From a virus: 64,000 bases of DNA. The DNA is taken from the IMG/VR virus record IMGVR_UViG_3300008448_000040, positions 14,725 through 78,724 of that record; one strand, 5' to 3'. Shown piece by piece: positions 21,672 to 30,034 of the stretch (position 1 is its first letter; every line of letters begins with the position of its first letter). The notes under the pieces were generated by a model that saw nothing but the letters and a program-made list of their open reading frames with translations, ran no database searches and was not told the DNA's origin. The translations under genes were made by a program, and so were the position numbers.

Positions 21672-21841
21672 GTCATAATTCATTAGAAAATTACTATCAA
21701 ATAATTTTTATATTGGCTCAGCATCATCATTATCAAATATCTGAAATAGAGAACTTGATACCATTTGAACGAGATCTATATTTGGAGTTTTTACGAGATT
21801 TTATTAAAAGACAAGAGGAAGTAGTCAAGAATGGCAACTGA
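21659..21841 (+). CDS. gp51: gp51-like baseplate hub assembly catalyst with no ATG/GTG start; probably reached by -1 frameshift from gp26
   Basis: -1 frame reads YVGLSHNSLENYYQIIFILAQHHHYQISEIENLIPFERDLYLEFL, the gp51 motif pattern; absent from ORF track. Confidence 0.8.
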   Translation, partial: YVGLSHNSLENYYQIIFILAQHHHYQISEIENLIPFERDLYLEFLRDFIKRQEEVVKNGN

Positions 21842-24392
21842 TAATAAACAAAATGTTTATTTTATGGAATCATTGAGAGAAATGCGTGCTCAGCGTCAGC
21901 AACAGCTACGCCAGGCTGGCCAGCAGCAAAATTCACTGTCTCAGTTGAATAGAACCATGTCGTCACTAGTTGCTGTTACTAATTCTAACAGCCGCATCCT
22001 TTCACAAAATCTCAAAGAACAACAAAATGTAGTTAGAACCAATAGAGATCTATCTCGAGATATCAAAGGATTAGCATCAAGTATAACCAAGTCAATTTCA
22101 AGTCTTACAGCTAGTCTGGGACGTGGACTATCCACAAGTGCTTCTGCTGCAGCCAGAGGAATTGCTTCTACAGCAACAGGCGCTGCAGGAATAACTAGCT
22201 CCCTGGTTGATGGAATAGCAAAAGCTCTACCAGTTGCAGTGATAGGTATCATGGCAAAAGCTTTTGTGTGGGATAAACTTAATAATGATGTGAAAGATAA
22301 ACTTACTGGTTCTCTGGGTAACTTATTTTCATTCCTTTTCAGAAGTATACAACCAATTTTTGAACAATTAATAGAATCTCTGAAGGGATTGTTGAAAATG
22401 GCAGCTGTTGAAATAACAGCAGCTATGAAAGCAACAAAAGATATTATAGCACTTGCCTTCAAGGATATAACAAAACAATTTAGTGGATTTGTAGAACCAC
22501 TCAAGCACAACTATAAAGTGTTTGAAAGATTTCTAGAAAGAATGGGTGAGTTTATAAACAACTACGGCCCTGCTCTAGGAATAGCTACTGCAGGTGCTGG
22601 TGCATATGCATTATCTAGATCAACAGTTTCTGGAGCAACATCTGCAGCGACAGCAGCTACAATACGTACACCCTCATTGAATGCAGGCGCTGCAGCTGCT
22701 GAAGTACAAAGTGGTATAGCTAGTGCTGGAAGAAACAAACAAGCAATCGATTTCATGAAACAAAATGGATTCAAAGGACCTGTTGGAAGAGCTGAATTAG
22801 TTGCGGGTAGAATTTTCCTTCGCATGTTTGAAAAGGTTCCAGAAGCCACAAAAAACATAGTGATAAACTCGATGAAATTGAGAGGATTTACTGTGGCCGG
22901 TGCATTGACTGTAGCAATGGAATTCTTATGGGTTGACTGGGCAAAAAGTGAAATTGATGTTTTAGAAAAAGAAGCGTTACTTACTACTGAAGAAGCAGAT
23001 GAGCTGAGGAAGCAAATAGGAATCAAGGCAGTTGGTTCTGTTACCGGAACACTTGTTGGTGGTGCTCTCACGTACGCTGGGTCTAGTGTTATAATTGAAG
23101 CATTGAAAAAAGTTCCTAAGGTAGGTCGTGTAGTACAGTTTGGAGCGGGCGCACTTAAATTTGGAGCTACACTGTATGGTGCTTCAAAAGGAGGAGAACT
23201 TGGTGCAGAAGGTGCTGAACAACTTTATAAAGGCCTTTCTGGGATGAATCTTGTTAATTCTTCTGCTGTGGTAGATTATGATGAATTGGTTGGAAGGTTC
23301 AATGAAGGCCTTGAAAAAGGTATGTCACGTGAAGAGGCAATGAGATATGCAAAAGGTGAGATGCCGCAAGGTGCTGTCATTCCTTCAACAAATATGTCAG
23401 TAACTTCACCAGTGGGTCAGGGTAGTCTTGCAGAGGTTATATCAAAATACGAAAGTGCAACTGGTAGAAGAGGATATGATCAGCTATTCCTTGGACCTGG
23501 TGGTAAACCTTTTGTCCAAACATCTAAACCATTGACCCAAATGACTGTTGCTGAAATAAGGCAGGTGCAGAAAGAACAAGTCGCTAAGACAAGAGAAGCT
23601 GGTATTGGTAGAAGCGATAAAACTGGGAAAATCATTGGAACTGGTGCAATAGGCAAATATCAATTCACTCAAACAACTTTAGCAGAACTTTTGAAGAAAC
23701 TTGGCATTAAGGAAGATGCCATCTTTGATGAAGCTCTTCAAGATAGGCTGTTTAAAGCGATGATTCAGGAAGATTACGATGCTTTCATCAAAGGCGAATT
23801 GACGACACAAGAATTCAGTTTGTTGATTTCTAAGAGATGGGAAGCATTCAGAGGTCCAAAAGCTAAGAAAGAGTTAGATGCATATCTAGCTAAAACTAAA
23901 CTAGGAACGAGTGCAGATAGTTTACTTGCCAAAGAAGAAGTTATAAAAAATGAACCAAGTGGAGATGTTGATTATGGATCCGAGTGGATGAAAAGATTCA
24001 CATCTTACAGAGAACAAGGATACTCTGAATTGGATGCTGCCAAGAAGACAGAAGAGCGCATGGCTAAAGAAGGAGAGTCAAAAGCACAAGGATTTGTTTC
24101 ACCACTAGCTGGTTTAGTATCACCTGGTCAAATTAAAACCTTTATGGGTGGATTTGATATTGAGTCAATCAAAAAGAACTTACAAGAGGATGCAGCTCTT
24201 CTGGCGAACATGGTGAAGATTAAAGAATCTTCTACTGAAGGTGGTAGTAATGTAGTTAATAACTTCAACATTCAAGGTGGGGGTAGTAGCGGCTATAGTC
24301 CTACAACAACTAGCCCACAGCCTGGAATGGTTCGCAGCCATGATGCGTATTTCAGCTTCCACGCAGCTACCAATAGATTCAACATGCAATAA
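21831..24392 (+). CDS. Tape-measure-like protein with lysozyme-like domain
   Basis: Ala/Gly-rich helical protein after gp26/gp51; SKYES..GYD, LTQMTVAEI, GAIGKYQF..TL, FDEALQDRL. Confidence 0.7.
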   Translation: MATDNKQNVYFMESLREMRAQRQQQLRQAGQQQNSLSQLNRTMSSLVAVTNSNSRILSQNLKEQQNVVRTNRDLSRDIKGLASSITKSISSLTASLGRGLSTSASAAARGIASTATGAAGITSSLVDGIAKALPVAVIGIMAKAFVWDKLNNDVKDKLTGSLGNLFSFLFRSIQPIFEQLIESLKGLLKMAAVEITAAMKATKDIIALAFKDITKQFSGFVEPLKHNYKVFERFLERMGEFINNYGPALGIATAGAGAYALSRSTVSGATSAATAATIRTPSLNAGAAAAEVQSGIASAGRNKQAIDFMKQNGFKGPVGRAELVAGRIFLRMFEKVPEATKNIVINSMKLRGFTVAGALTVAMEFLWVDWAKSEIDVLEKEALLTTEEADELRKQIGIKAVGSVTGTLVGGALTYAGSSVIIEALKKVPKVGRVVQFGAGALKFGATLYGASKGGELGAEGAEQLYKGLSGMNLVNSSAVVDYDELVGRFNEGLEKGMSREEAMRYAKGEMPQGAVIPSTNMSVTSPVGQGSLAEVISKYESATGRRGYDQLFLGPGGKPFVQTSKPLTQMTVAEIRQVQKEQVAKTREAGIGRSDKTGKIIGTGAIGKYQFTQTTLAELLKKLGIKEDAIFDEALQDRLFKAMIQEDYDAFIKGELTTQEFSLLISKRWEAFRGPKAKKELDAYLAKTKLGTSADSLLAKEEVIKNEPSGDVDYGSEWMKRFTSYREQGYSELDAAKKTEERMAKEGESKAQGFVSPLAGLVSPGQIKTFMGGFDIESIKKNLQEDAALLANMVKIKESSTEGGSNVVNNFNIQGGGSSGYSPTTTSPQPGMVRSHDAYFSFHAATNRFNMQ

Positions 24393-24414
24393 AAAAGGGC
24401 CTTTCGGCCCTTTC
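24391..24414. terminator. Intrinsic terminator between convergent genes, possibly bidirectional
   Basis: AAAGGGCC-TTTC-GGCCCTTT; GAAA loop and U-run on minus strand. Confidence 0.85.
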
Positions 24415-25344
24415 TCAATCGTCCTCTAACATTTCCTTGAATCTTGCAAAATCATCATCTTCCTTTTCATCCCATGGAGCAGATTCCTGCTTCTTAGATG
24501 CTGGCTTCGCTGTCTTCTGAGGTTTTGGTGTTTCAAACTCTTCTTCATCCTCACCGAGATCTAGTGATGCTGCTGATTTAGCAGGTGATGGGCTACTACC
24601 ATCCAAAGCTAAGACACGATATAACTTTTGCTTTAGATCCTCATAGCTCTTGAAGTGCTTTTCATCAATAATCTCTTGTAGAGAGAACTCTGACTTCCAG
24701 ATTCTTTCTAGTTCGCCATCATCGTCGAGTAGAACTGATGGAGAATCAAAACGAGACTCATCATAGTTACGATACTTCTCAACTGTACGAATCTTTAGTT
24801 TGAAGTTAGCACCCTTCCAGAAATCGAAAGGATTGATTGCTTCTTCATCTTCAAACTCAGGATTCATAGCAGCATTCAACTTATCAAAGATCTTCTTACC
24901 AAACTTGAATAAGAACACTTTGCCTTCATTTTCAGGATGTGCTTTATCGCTAACCACATAGATGTTAGCAATGAAAGTTAGTTTACGTTTTTGTTTACGA
25001 ACTTGATCTTGATTTGCTTTGATACCAGTAGCCCAAAGCTGGCTGTTGTATTCTGATACTGGGTCAGCTCTACCAAGTGTGGTCAAAGATCTTTCAATAT
25101 ACCACTGACCACTTGGACCTTGGAAGCCGTGCTCGAAGATACGAACAAACGGAACATCCTCACCATCTGGTGCTGGTAAGAAACGAATAACAGCAAAACC
25201 GTTGCCAGATTTATCTACGCCAGGTGTCCAGAAGCGATTATCAGCTTCACGTGGGGTACCTTCAGGGTTTGCTAGTTTTGAAACTTGTTGGGTGATTTTG
25301 TCCAGGCTGGACTTGGAAGACTTCTTGAGATTTGCGAAAGACAT
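24415..25344 (-). CDS. gp32: ssDNA-binding protein gp32
   Basis: DKSGNGFAVIRFLPAP, HGFQGP, FGKKIFDK, NPFDFWKGANFKLKIR; acidic tail. Confidence 0.97.
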   Translation of the reverse strand: MSFANLKKSSKSSLDKITQQVSKLANPEGTPREADNRFWTPGVDKSGNGFAVIRFLPAPDGEDVPFVRIFEHGFQGPSGQWYIERSLTTLGRADPVSEYNSQLWATGIKANQDQVRKQKRKLTFIANIYVVSDKAHPENEGKVFLFKFGKKIFDKLNAAMNPEFEDEEAINPFDFWKGANFKLKIRTVEKYRNYDESRFDSPSVLLDDDGELERIWKSEFSLQEIIDEKHFKSYEDLKQKLYRVLALDGSSPSPAKSAASLDLGEDEEEFETPKPQKTAKPASKKQESAPWDEKEDDDFARFKEMLEDD

Positions 25345-25400
25345 CGTATGCTCCTTGTATAAACGTATGAAATTATATTATCGTATCCACTTAACCATAA

Positions 25401-25991
25401 TTAATGTGTAACGGACTTGGATAATTCCTGATCCATTATACTCTTATATTTATCTAAGTCAACGGTGATAAAAGGTGAAAGTTTGATTAATTTATTGTAT
25501 TCAGTTTGCCATACTGGATCAGCCAATGTATCGTTCCAGTACTTGAACAGGTTACCACCATTCAACATATCAATTATAATCAGGGTCTCGGAATTGATTT
25601 GTTTACCTAGATATCTCTGAAATAACTTTGGATGTTGACCACCTCTCACTTTATACTCATCAACAATATTATCAATACCTTCAATATCTTGTTTGAAGTA
25701 GTATGTGAGAGATTGTTTTCTTTTCTGCCACTCTCTGTAGTTTGATTCTGCTGCAGATTCGTTGACAAGCTCACCGATCCACATATCACCAGACTGATAA
25801 AGGTTAGCTGCTAAGAATCCAATTGGATCTTTATGTTTTGCTAGCTTAGCAAAGAAGTACTTGTCATTACGCTTTTCGAAAGCAGCGTACGATACTTTCA
25901 GCTTACCGTTATACTTAAAGAAGTCGTACGCTTTTGATTGAAAGTGCCGTTTCAAAGCACAATACAATTTATAGGCGTCATAGTCTGTCAT
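25401..25991 (-). CDS. gp59: Helicase loader gp59
   Basis: YCALKRHF...YDFFKYNGK, RNDKYFFAKL; synteny. Confidence 0.9.
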   Translation of the reverse strand: MTDYDAYKLYCALKRHFQSKAYDFFKYNGKLKVSYAAFEKRNDKYFFAKLAKHKDPIGFLAANLYQSGDMWIGELVNESAAESNYREWQKRKQSLTYYFKQDIEGIDNIVDEYKVRGGQHPKLFQRYLGKQINSETLIIIDMLNGGNLFKYWNDTLADPVWQTEYNKLIKLSPFITVDLDKYKSIMDQELSKSVTH

Positions 25992-26224
25992 ATAGGCAGT
26001 TGTTTAGTCTTCGGTAAGTAATTGAGATTTTCAGCTTCTGTCTGAATAGATGCTTTAAGTTTGGAGTTACTTTTGATGAGTGATGCAGCTGTCTCTATGT
26101 CAATACTATTCTTTTCACAAAAATAGACAACTGCATCAATATACTCCATTTTCTTGTCTGAGACAAGTTTTTCTATCTCTTTGGAAAATTCAACAATACT
26201 TAAAAAGTTGATATCTTGAATCAT
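25988..26224 (-). CDS. gp33: Late transcription coactivator gp33
   Basis: FSKEIE, YIDAVVYFCE, EAENLNYL. Confidence 0.9.
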   Translation of the reverse strand: MIQDINFLSIVEFSKEIEKLVSDKKMEYIDAVVYFCEKNSIDIETAASLIKSNSKLKASIQTEAENLNYLPKTKQLPI

Positions 26225-26736
26225 TAGTGCCTCGAGTAGAATACATGCATACCAATTCTAACCTTGCGCTTGAGATTCCAGTTAGGTTGAACATATGTTG
26301 CATGGAAAAACAGTGAACCTTTAGATGGGTCTTTGTCCCTGATGTTCTTGTGATTCTCAGCAATAATCCTTGCCATATTTTTTATTTGACGATACCTTTG
26401 TGGATCGCTGATATGTGGATTCTTACCGAGAATACAGACCCATGAAAACTGGCATACTTCACCTAGTTTTTGATGGACTACTCCACAAATGGTGGATGGG
26501 AAAGTACCATCAGCAACTCTATTCATTGTTACAAAACCAACTGCACTGACGCCTTTATCAGATTCTGATTTGGCTTCAAAATACATATTTCTTGCAAGGC
26601 ACTCAATCTGTTTCTCGGAGTACTTTGTTATGAATGGCTGTTCTTGGACTATGTCGTGATCTGCTTCTGAGAACTCATTAGCTGCAAATACTAGTGAACA
26701 TAGACCAAGCAGTGTTATAAGCACTAGCTTTTTCAT
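26224..26736 (-). CDS. SleB-like cell wall hydrolase (Hydrolase_2) with signal peptide
   Basis: CLARNMYFEA, NRV..FP.TICGVV.Q..CQFSW, FFHATYV.P.W, IG.HVFY. Confidence 0.9.
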   Translation of the reverse strand: MKKLVLITLLGLCSLVFAANEFSEADHDIVQEQPFITKYSEKQIECLARNMYFEAKSESDKGVSAVGFVTMNRVADGTFPSTICGVVHQKLGEVCQFSWVCILGKNPHISDPQRYRQIKNMARIIAENHKNIRDKDPSKGSLFFHATYVQPNWNLKRKVRIGMHVFYSRH

Positions 26737-26867
26737 GTTAACTTCCTCTTTGATTAATGAAATGAAGGATAGAGGTGAAACTTTCAGTTATCCGAATTAA
26801 GAGTCAAAACGCAATAATTATCAATAAAACATAATATTTCGAGCCGTGGGCTCTATTGTAGATAGAG

Positions 26868-26875
26868 TTATTTAT
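26868..26875 (-). promoter_or_regulatory. T4-type late promoter TATAAATA
   Basis: Exact consensus upstream of the SleB-like gene. Confidence 0.65.
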
Positions 26876-26886
26876 AAAAAATATTT

Positions 26887-27552
26887 TTAAGAATCATAAA
26901 CATACTTTTTTCTTTGCTCCAAAACTTCTTTTCCTACTGTTTCGTGTAACTCTCTTAGTTTCTTATCGGAAGGAATGTCAGGCTTGATTGCTAGTTGATC
27001 TCTGCAGTCATACTTGAATTCTTTGAATGGTCCATCAGCATCGACATAATGTAAGAATATTTGAGTCATTTCGTTTCCGAGATAATTACCAGGTCTCCAA
27101 TGAGGAACTTCACATCCTTTGTAAATAGCTAAATCACCTGGTTCTAACAATACCCTTTCTTCTGATCCATCATCTTGATCGAAACACATCTCCCAGGGAA
27201 TAGGATCATAGTAAGTATTGAGAGTGACTGAATATTCACAGCTAGGCCTATCAATATGTTTAGGTAAGATAGAGTCTTTATAGTAAATCCTAAAATAGCT
27301 GTAAGTGGGATATAGTTTTTTACCAGAAACCTCTTCTACCATTGGCTTCAAGTACTCTAATAATGTTTCAGTACAACTCCAGCCATATGCTTTAAAGCAT
27401 TGCTTAGTCATTTTATCTGAAAAATAAGTCAAATCGGATTTGTCTACTCCGAGATTGTAGTAGTAAGTGTCTCTGAAGATCTTAACTTGCTGATTTATGA
27501 ATGAAGTCAGCTCTGGAGAGATAGCATTTCTAATAATGTGATATTTATTCAT
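26887..27552 (-). CDS. 2OG-Fe(II) oxygenase-like protein
   Basis: PTYSYFRIY, HIDRPSCEYSVT, HWR, QIFLHYVD; start moved to MNKYH so it does not overlap the tmRNA. Confidence 0.75.
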   Translation of the reverse strand: MNKYHIIRNAISPELTSFINQQVKIFRDTYYYNLGVDKSDLTYFSDKMTKQCFKAYGWSCTETLLEYLKPMVEEVSGKKLYPTYSYFRIYYKDSILPKHIDRPSCEYSVTLNTYYDPIPWEMCFDQDDGSEERVLLEPGDLAIYKGCEVPHWRPGNYLGNEMTQIFLHYVDADGPFKEFKYDCRDQLAIKPDIPSDKKLRELHETVGKEVLEQRKKYVYDS

Positions 27553-27568
27553 AGAGTCAAAAATTAAT

Positions 27569-27885
27569 GCCGGCTGATTGGGTAATAAGGACAGCCGGCT
27601 AAACCCCATCTAGCAATTTAAGCTGCTAGAGCGTAACGCTCGTCATTTGCGTTTACTATTTTGCTTCATTTACGTCGATCGCCTGACGTGTTGTCCACTC
27701 TCCTACTCCTTGCCCTGTCGAAACCATGTCTGGCCCATCAGAAGTGTCCTGCTGTTCACAGGTCGGGAATTCCAATCCTCAGAGCTTTGTTAAACCCTTA
27801 CATATCACCCTAAACAACACTTCTGGTGGACCAGGCGGGAGTCGAACCCGCGTCCAGAACACCTTTTGGTTTGCTTCATACAACA
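27569..27885 (-). ncRNA. ssrA: Circularly permuted (two-piece) tmRNA, tag ANDERYALAA
   Basis: 3' piece GCGGGTTCGACTCCCGCCTGGTCCACCA ends at 27824 and lies upstream of 5' piece GGGCCAGACATGGTTTCGAC starting at 27736; G3:U70 pair; tag ORF 27650-27618. Confidence 0.92.
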
Positions 27886-27897
27886 ATATCTAACACA

Positions 27898-28110
27898 CTA
27901 TGTAGGATCCACCCCTACGTAACCGACCAGCGGTATCTTAGTCTTGTCGTCGCCTTTGCCACTTCTAGATGAATAGTGTGTTCTTTTTTGCTGTTCACAA
28001 TATTCTACACAGTGTCCACAGCAAATGTCAACATCTTTGAGTCTGTTCAACAGTTCATCTGATGTATCGTAGTCTGATTCTTTGATGTTTCTGCAAACAC
28101 AAACAATCAT
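27898..28110 (-). CDS. Bfd-like [2Fe-2S] ferredoxin
   Basis: MIVCVC...CGHC. Confidence 0.75.
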   Translation of the reverse strand: MIVCVCRNIKESDYDTSDELLNRLKDVDICCGHCVEYCEQQKRTHYSSRSGKGDDKTKIPLVGYVGVDPT

Positions 28111-28122
28111 GAAAACTCCTAG

Positions 28123-28263
28123 TTATCTTATGTAATTTCCTGTCACGACCACATAGATGAACAAGACCCAGCCAAACCTAAGAGCAATATCAAACCAACG
28201 CTCAAAGTGATCTAACCAAGTCTTGTTCGTTCCAGAGTTTTTAGATTCTGGTGAGAGACTCAT
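28123..28263 (-). CDS. Small membrane protein (46 aa)
   Basis: MSLSPESK...RFGWVLFIYVVVTGNYIR; start overlaps rubrerythrin stop. Confidence 0.55.
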   Translation of the reverse strand: MSLSPESKNSGTNKTWLDHFERWFDIALRFGWVLFIYVVVTGNYIR

Positions 28264-28694
28264 TGTACTCCTGCGTTGTAAGCGTCGAGAGTTTTCTTGA
28301 ACTTACCAGCGTGGCTACGCTCTGCCTTAGCAAGAGTTTCAAACCAGTCAGCAATTTCATCAAACCCTTCATCACGAGCAGTCTTAGCCATACCAGGGTA
28401 CATATCAGTATATTCGTGTGTTTCACCCTCGATAGCTGACTCTAGTGCCTGTGCAACATTCTTAACTTCCATACCGGTTGCAGGATCACCAGCAGCACCG
28501 TTCAAAAGGTATTCCATGTGACCATGAGCATGGCCAGTCTCACCTTCAGCTGTATGACGGAACACAGCAGCAACTTCAGGAGATCCTTCAATGTCAGCCA
28601 TGTTTGCGAAATATAGATAACGACGGTTTGCTTGTGATTCACCAGCAAAAGCCTCTTTGAGGTTCAACTCAGTTTTTGTGCCTTTTAAATTCAT
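28260..28694 (-). CDS. Rubrerythrin (short form, no rubredoxin domain)
   Basis: [45 protein letters not shown]. Confidence 0.95.
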   Translation of the reverse strand: MNLKGTKTELNLKEAFAGESQANRRYLYFANMADIEGSPEVAAVFRHTAEGETGHAHGHMEYLLNGAAGDPATGMEVKNVAQALESAIEGETHEYTDMYPGMAKTARDEGFDEIADWFETLAKAERSHAGKFKKTLDAYNAGVQ

Positions 28695-28703
28695 AATATC
28701 TCC

Positions 28704-28730
28704 AAAAAAATGAGCCCCGTGAGGGGCTCA
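28704..28730 (-). terminator. Intrinsic terminator after pqqA
   Basis: TGAGCCCC-TCAC-GGGGCTCA followed by T7. Confidence 0.85.
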
Positions 28731-28756
28731 ACTATCTAGTGTTGATTGATAGTTGA

Positions 28757-28831
28757 TTAACGATTTGCGATATACATTGTGATTTCAAAACCAAAACGCA
28801 TGTCATTTGCAGTTGGTGTAGTCCACTCCAT
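28757..28831 (-). CDS. pqqA: Coenzyme PQQ precursor peptide PqqA (24 aa)
   Basis: MEWTTPTANDMRFGFEITMYIANR: W-x-x-P and R-x-GFEITMY with ExxxY; AGGAG RBS; absent from ORF track. Confidence 0.92.
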   Translation of the reverse strand: MEWTTPTANDMRFGFEITMYIANR

Positions 28832-28911
28832 TTTTATCTCCTATTGTAAAAGCCACAATTGGCTAGACAGTATCTAGTAAGTTATGACTAAAATACAACT
28901 GGGTAAAAACA

Positions 28912-29034
28912 TTATTTATTGCTAATCCATTCACCTGCTTTTGACAGATCTTTACCTGCACCAGATACAGCACCACCAAGGGTGCCGCATCCAGTCATCA
29001 AAAGCATCAGAACTACTGATGCTAATTTCTTCAT
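28912..29034 (-). CDS. Entericidin A/B-like lipoprotein (40 aa)
   Basis: MKKLASVVLMLLMTGCGTLGGAVSGAGKDLSKAGEWISNK: lipobox plus GAGKD...GE motif; ATGA overlap with upstream gene. Confidence 0.7.
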   Translation of the reverse strand: MKKLASVVLMLLMTGCGTLGGAVSGAGKDLSKAGEWISNK

Positions 29035-29990
29035 GCTACCTCCGCCATCTCGACAGCGGTCTCAAGTGCCTTCACCTTCAAAGCCTTGTTAGGACCATAC
29101 CAAGCCGATGTCAGACGACCTTCTTGTGTACGACCAACAATGTGGTCAGTCAAGAACGTGACAGCATTGAATGCTTGCCACCAAGATCCCTCAGCAAACT
29201 TGGCACCTGGTTGCTCATAGAGAGCTTCCAAAGCCAGCTCTGCAGACTTGGATAGTTCTTTCTTAACTTTGGTCTCTTCATTCTTAGAACGACCATAGGC
29301 ATTGACAGGGAAGATACGGCTGAAGTATTCCTTCACAGTCTCTTCCTTGTACTTCTTGCTGCCCAAGAACTTAGCCATCTCTTTGTACTTAGCGAGCTTG
29401 TCAGAAGCGATACCCAACGTCTGCTTCACTTGGTCACCATCAAATACACGGCGATGGGATACTTTCACCATATTATCTGATTTAGTATTGAGTGACAGCG
29501 TAAGAGTATTGTTGCAGACCACGCGTATCGGAGTGAAACGAACGTCAATAGACTGACCAAACTTGTGAGGTAGAGTGAAAAGTAGATATGACTCCACAGT
29601 GTCACCATTGAATACATCAAAGCTCTCCTTGATCTTAGCCAGTGCCCACACGATCTGACCATTTTTCAATGAACCAGCTGTGTGCATTTCCATGTCACCA
29701 GAGCATACGAAGTCGTTAAAGAACTCAAATGCTTCGTGATTCTGCATAGGATTCCAATCTTGCGACACAACATCAAGGATTTTACCATCAGTTGAGCGTA
29801 CTAGAGCGTCCTTGCCAGTGTAAACTTGCTTGTCAAACACTTTAGCAAACGTAGGAATCTTCTGAACTTGCCAGTCAAGACCAGCTGCCTCGAGCATTTG
29901 ATGTGGTGAAAGGTCAGAAGGAACAGGCTTACCAAGACCATGCCATGGAGTTGCGCCTGCGTATGCCATTGTTTCGACTAGATGAGCCAT
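29031..29990 (-). CDS. DUF932/DUF945 phage-plasmid protein
   Basis: MAYAGATPWHGLG, TAGSLKNG, TPIRVVCNNTL, WQAFNAVT. Confidence 0.85.
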   Translation of the reverse strand: MAHLVETMAYAGATPWHGLGKPVPSDLSPHQMLEAAGLDWQVQKIPTFAKVFDKQVYTGKDALVRSTDGKILDVVSQDWNPMQNHEAFEFFNDFVCSGDMEMHTAGSLKNGQIVWALAKIKESFDVFNGDTVESYLLFTLPHKFGQSIDVRFTPIRVVCNNTLTLSLNTKSDNMVKVSHRRVFDGDQVKQTLGIASDKLAKYKEMAKFLGSKKYKEETVKEYFSRIFPVNAYGRSKNEETKVKKELSKSAELALEALYEQPGAKFAEGSWWQAFNAVTFLTDHIVGRTQEGRLTSAWYGPNKALKVKALETAVEMAEVA

Positions 29991-30034
29991 TTGTTTCTCC
30001 TTAAAAGTGTTTAAAGTTGATTACTACAATGGTG

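Noticed and set aside
21941-23071. 189-aa and 169-aa minus-strand ORFs
   Set aside because: Antisense shadows of the Ala-rich tape-measure-like gene; no motifs
27553-27609. N-terminal extension of the 240-aa ORF
   Set aside because: Overlaps the tmRNA terminal hairpin; the ATG at 27552 is more plausible
27824-27856. Possible stand-alone tRNA or attP fragment
   Set aside because: It pairs exactly with GGGCCAG at 27736 and is explained as the tmRNA acceptor piece
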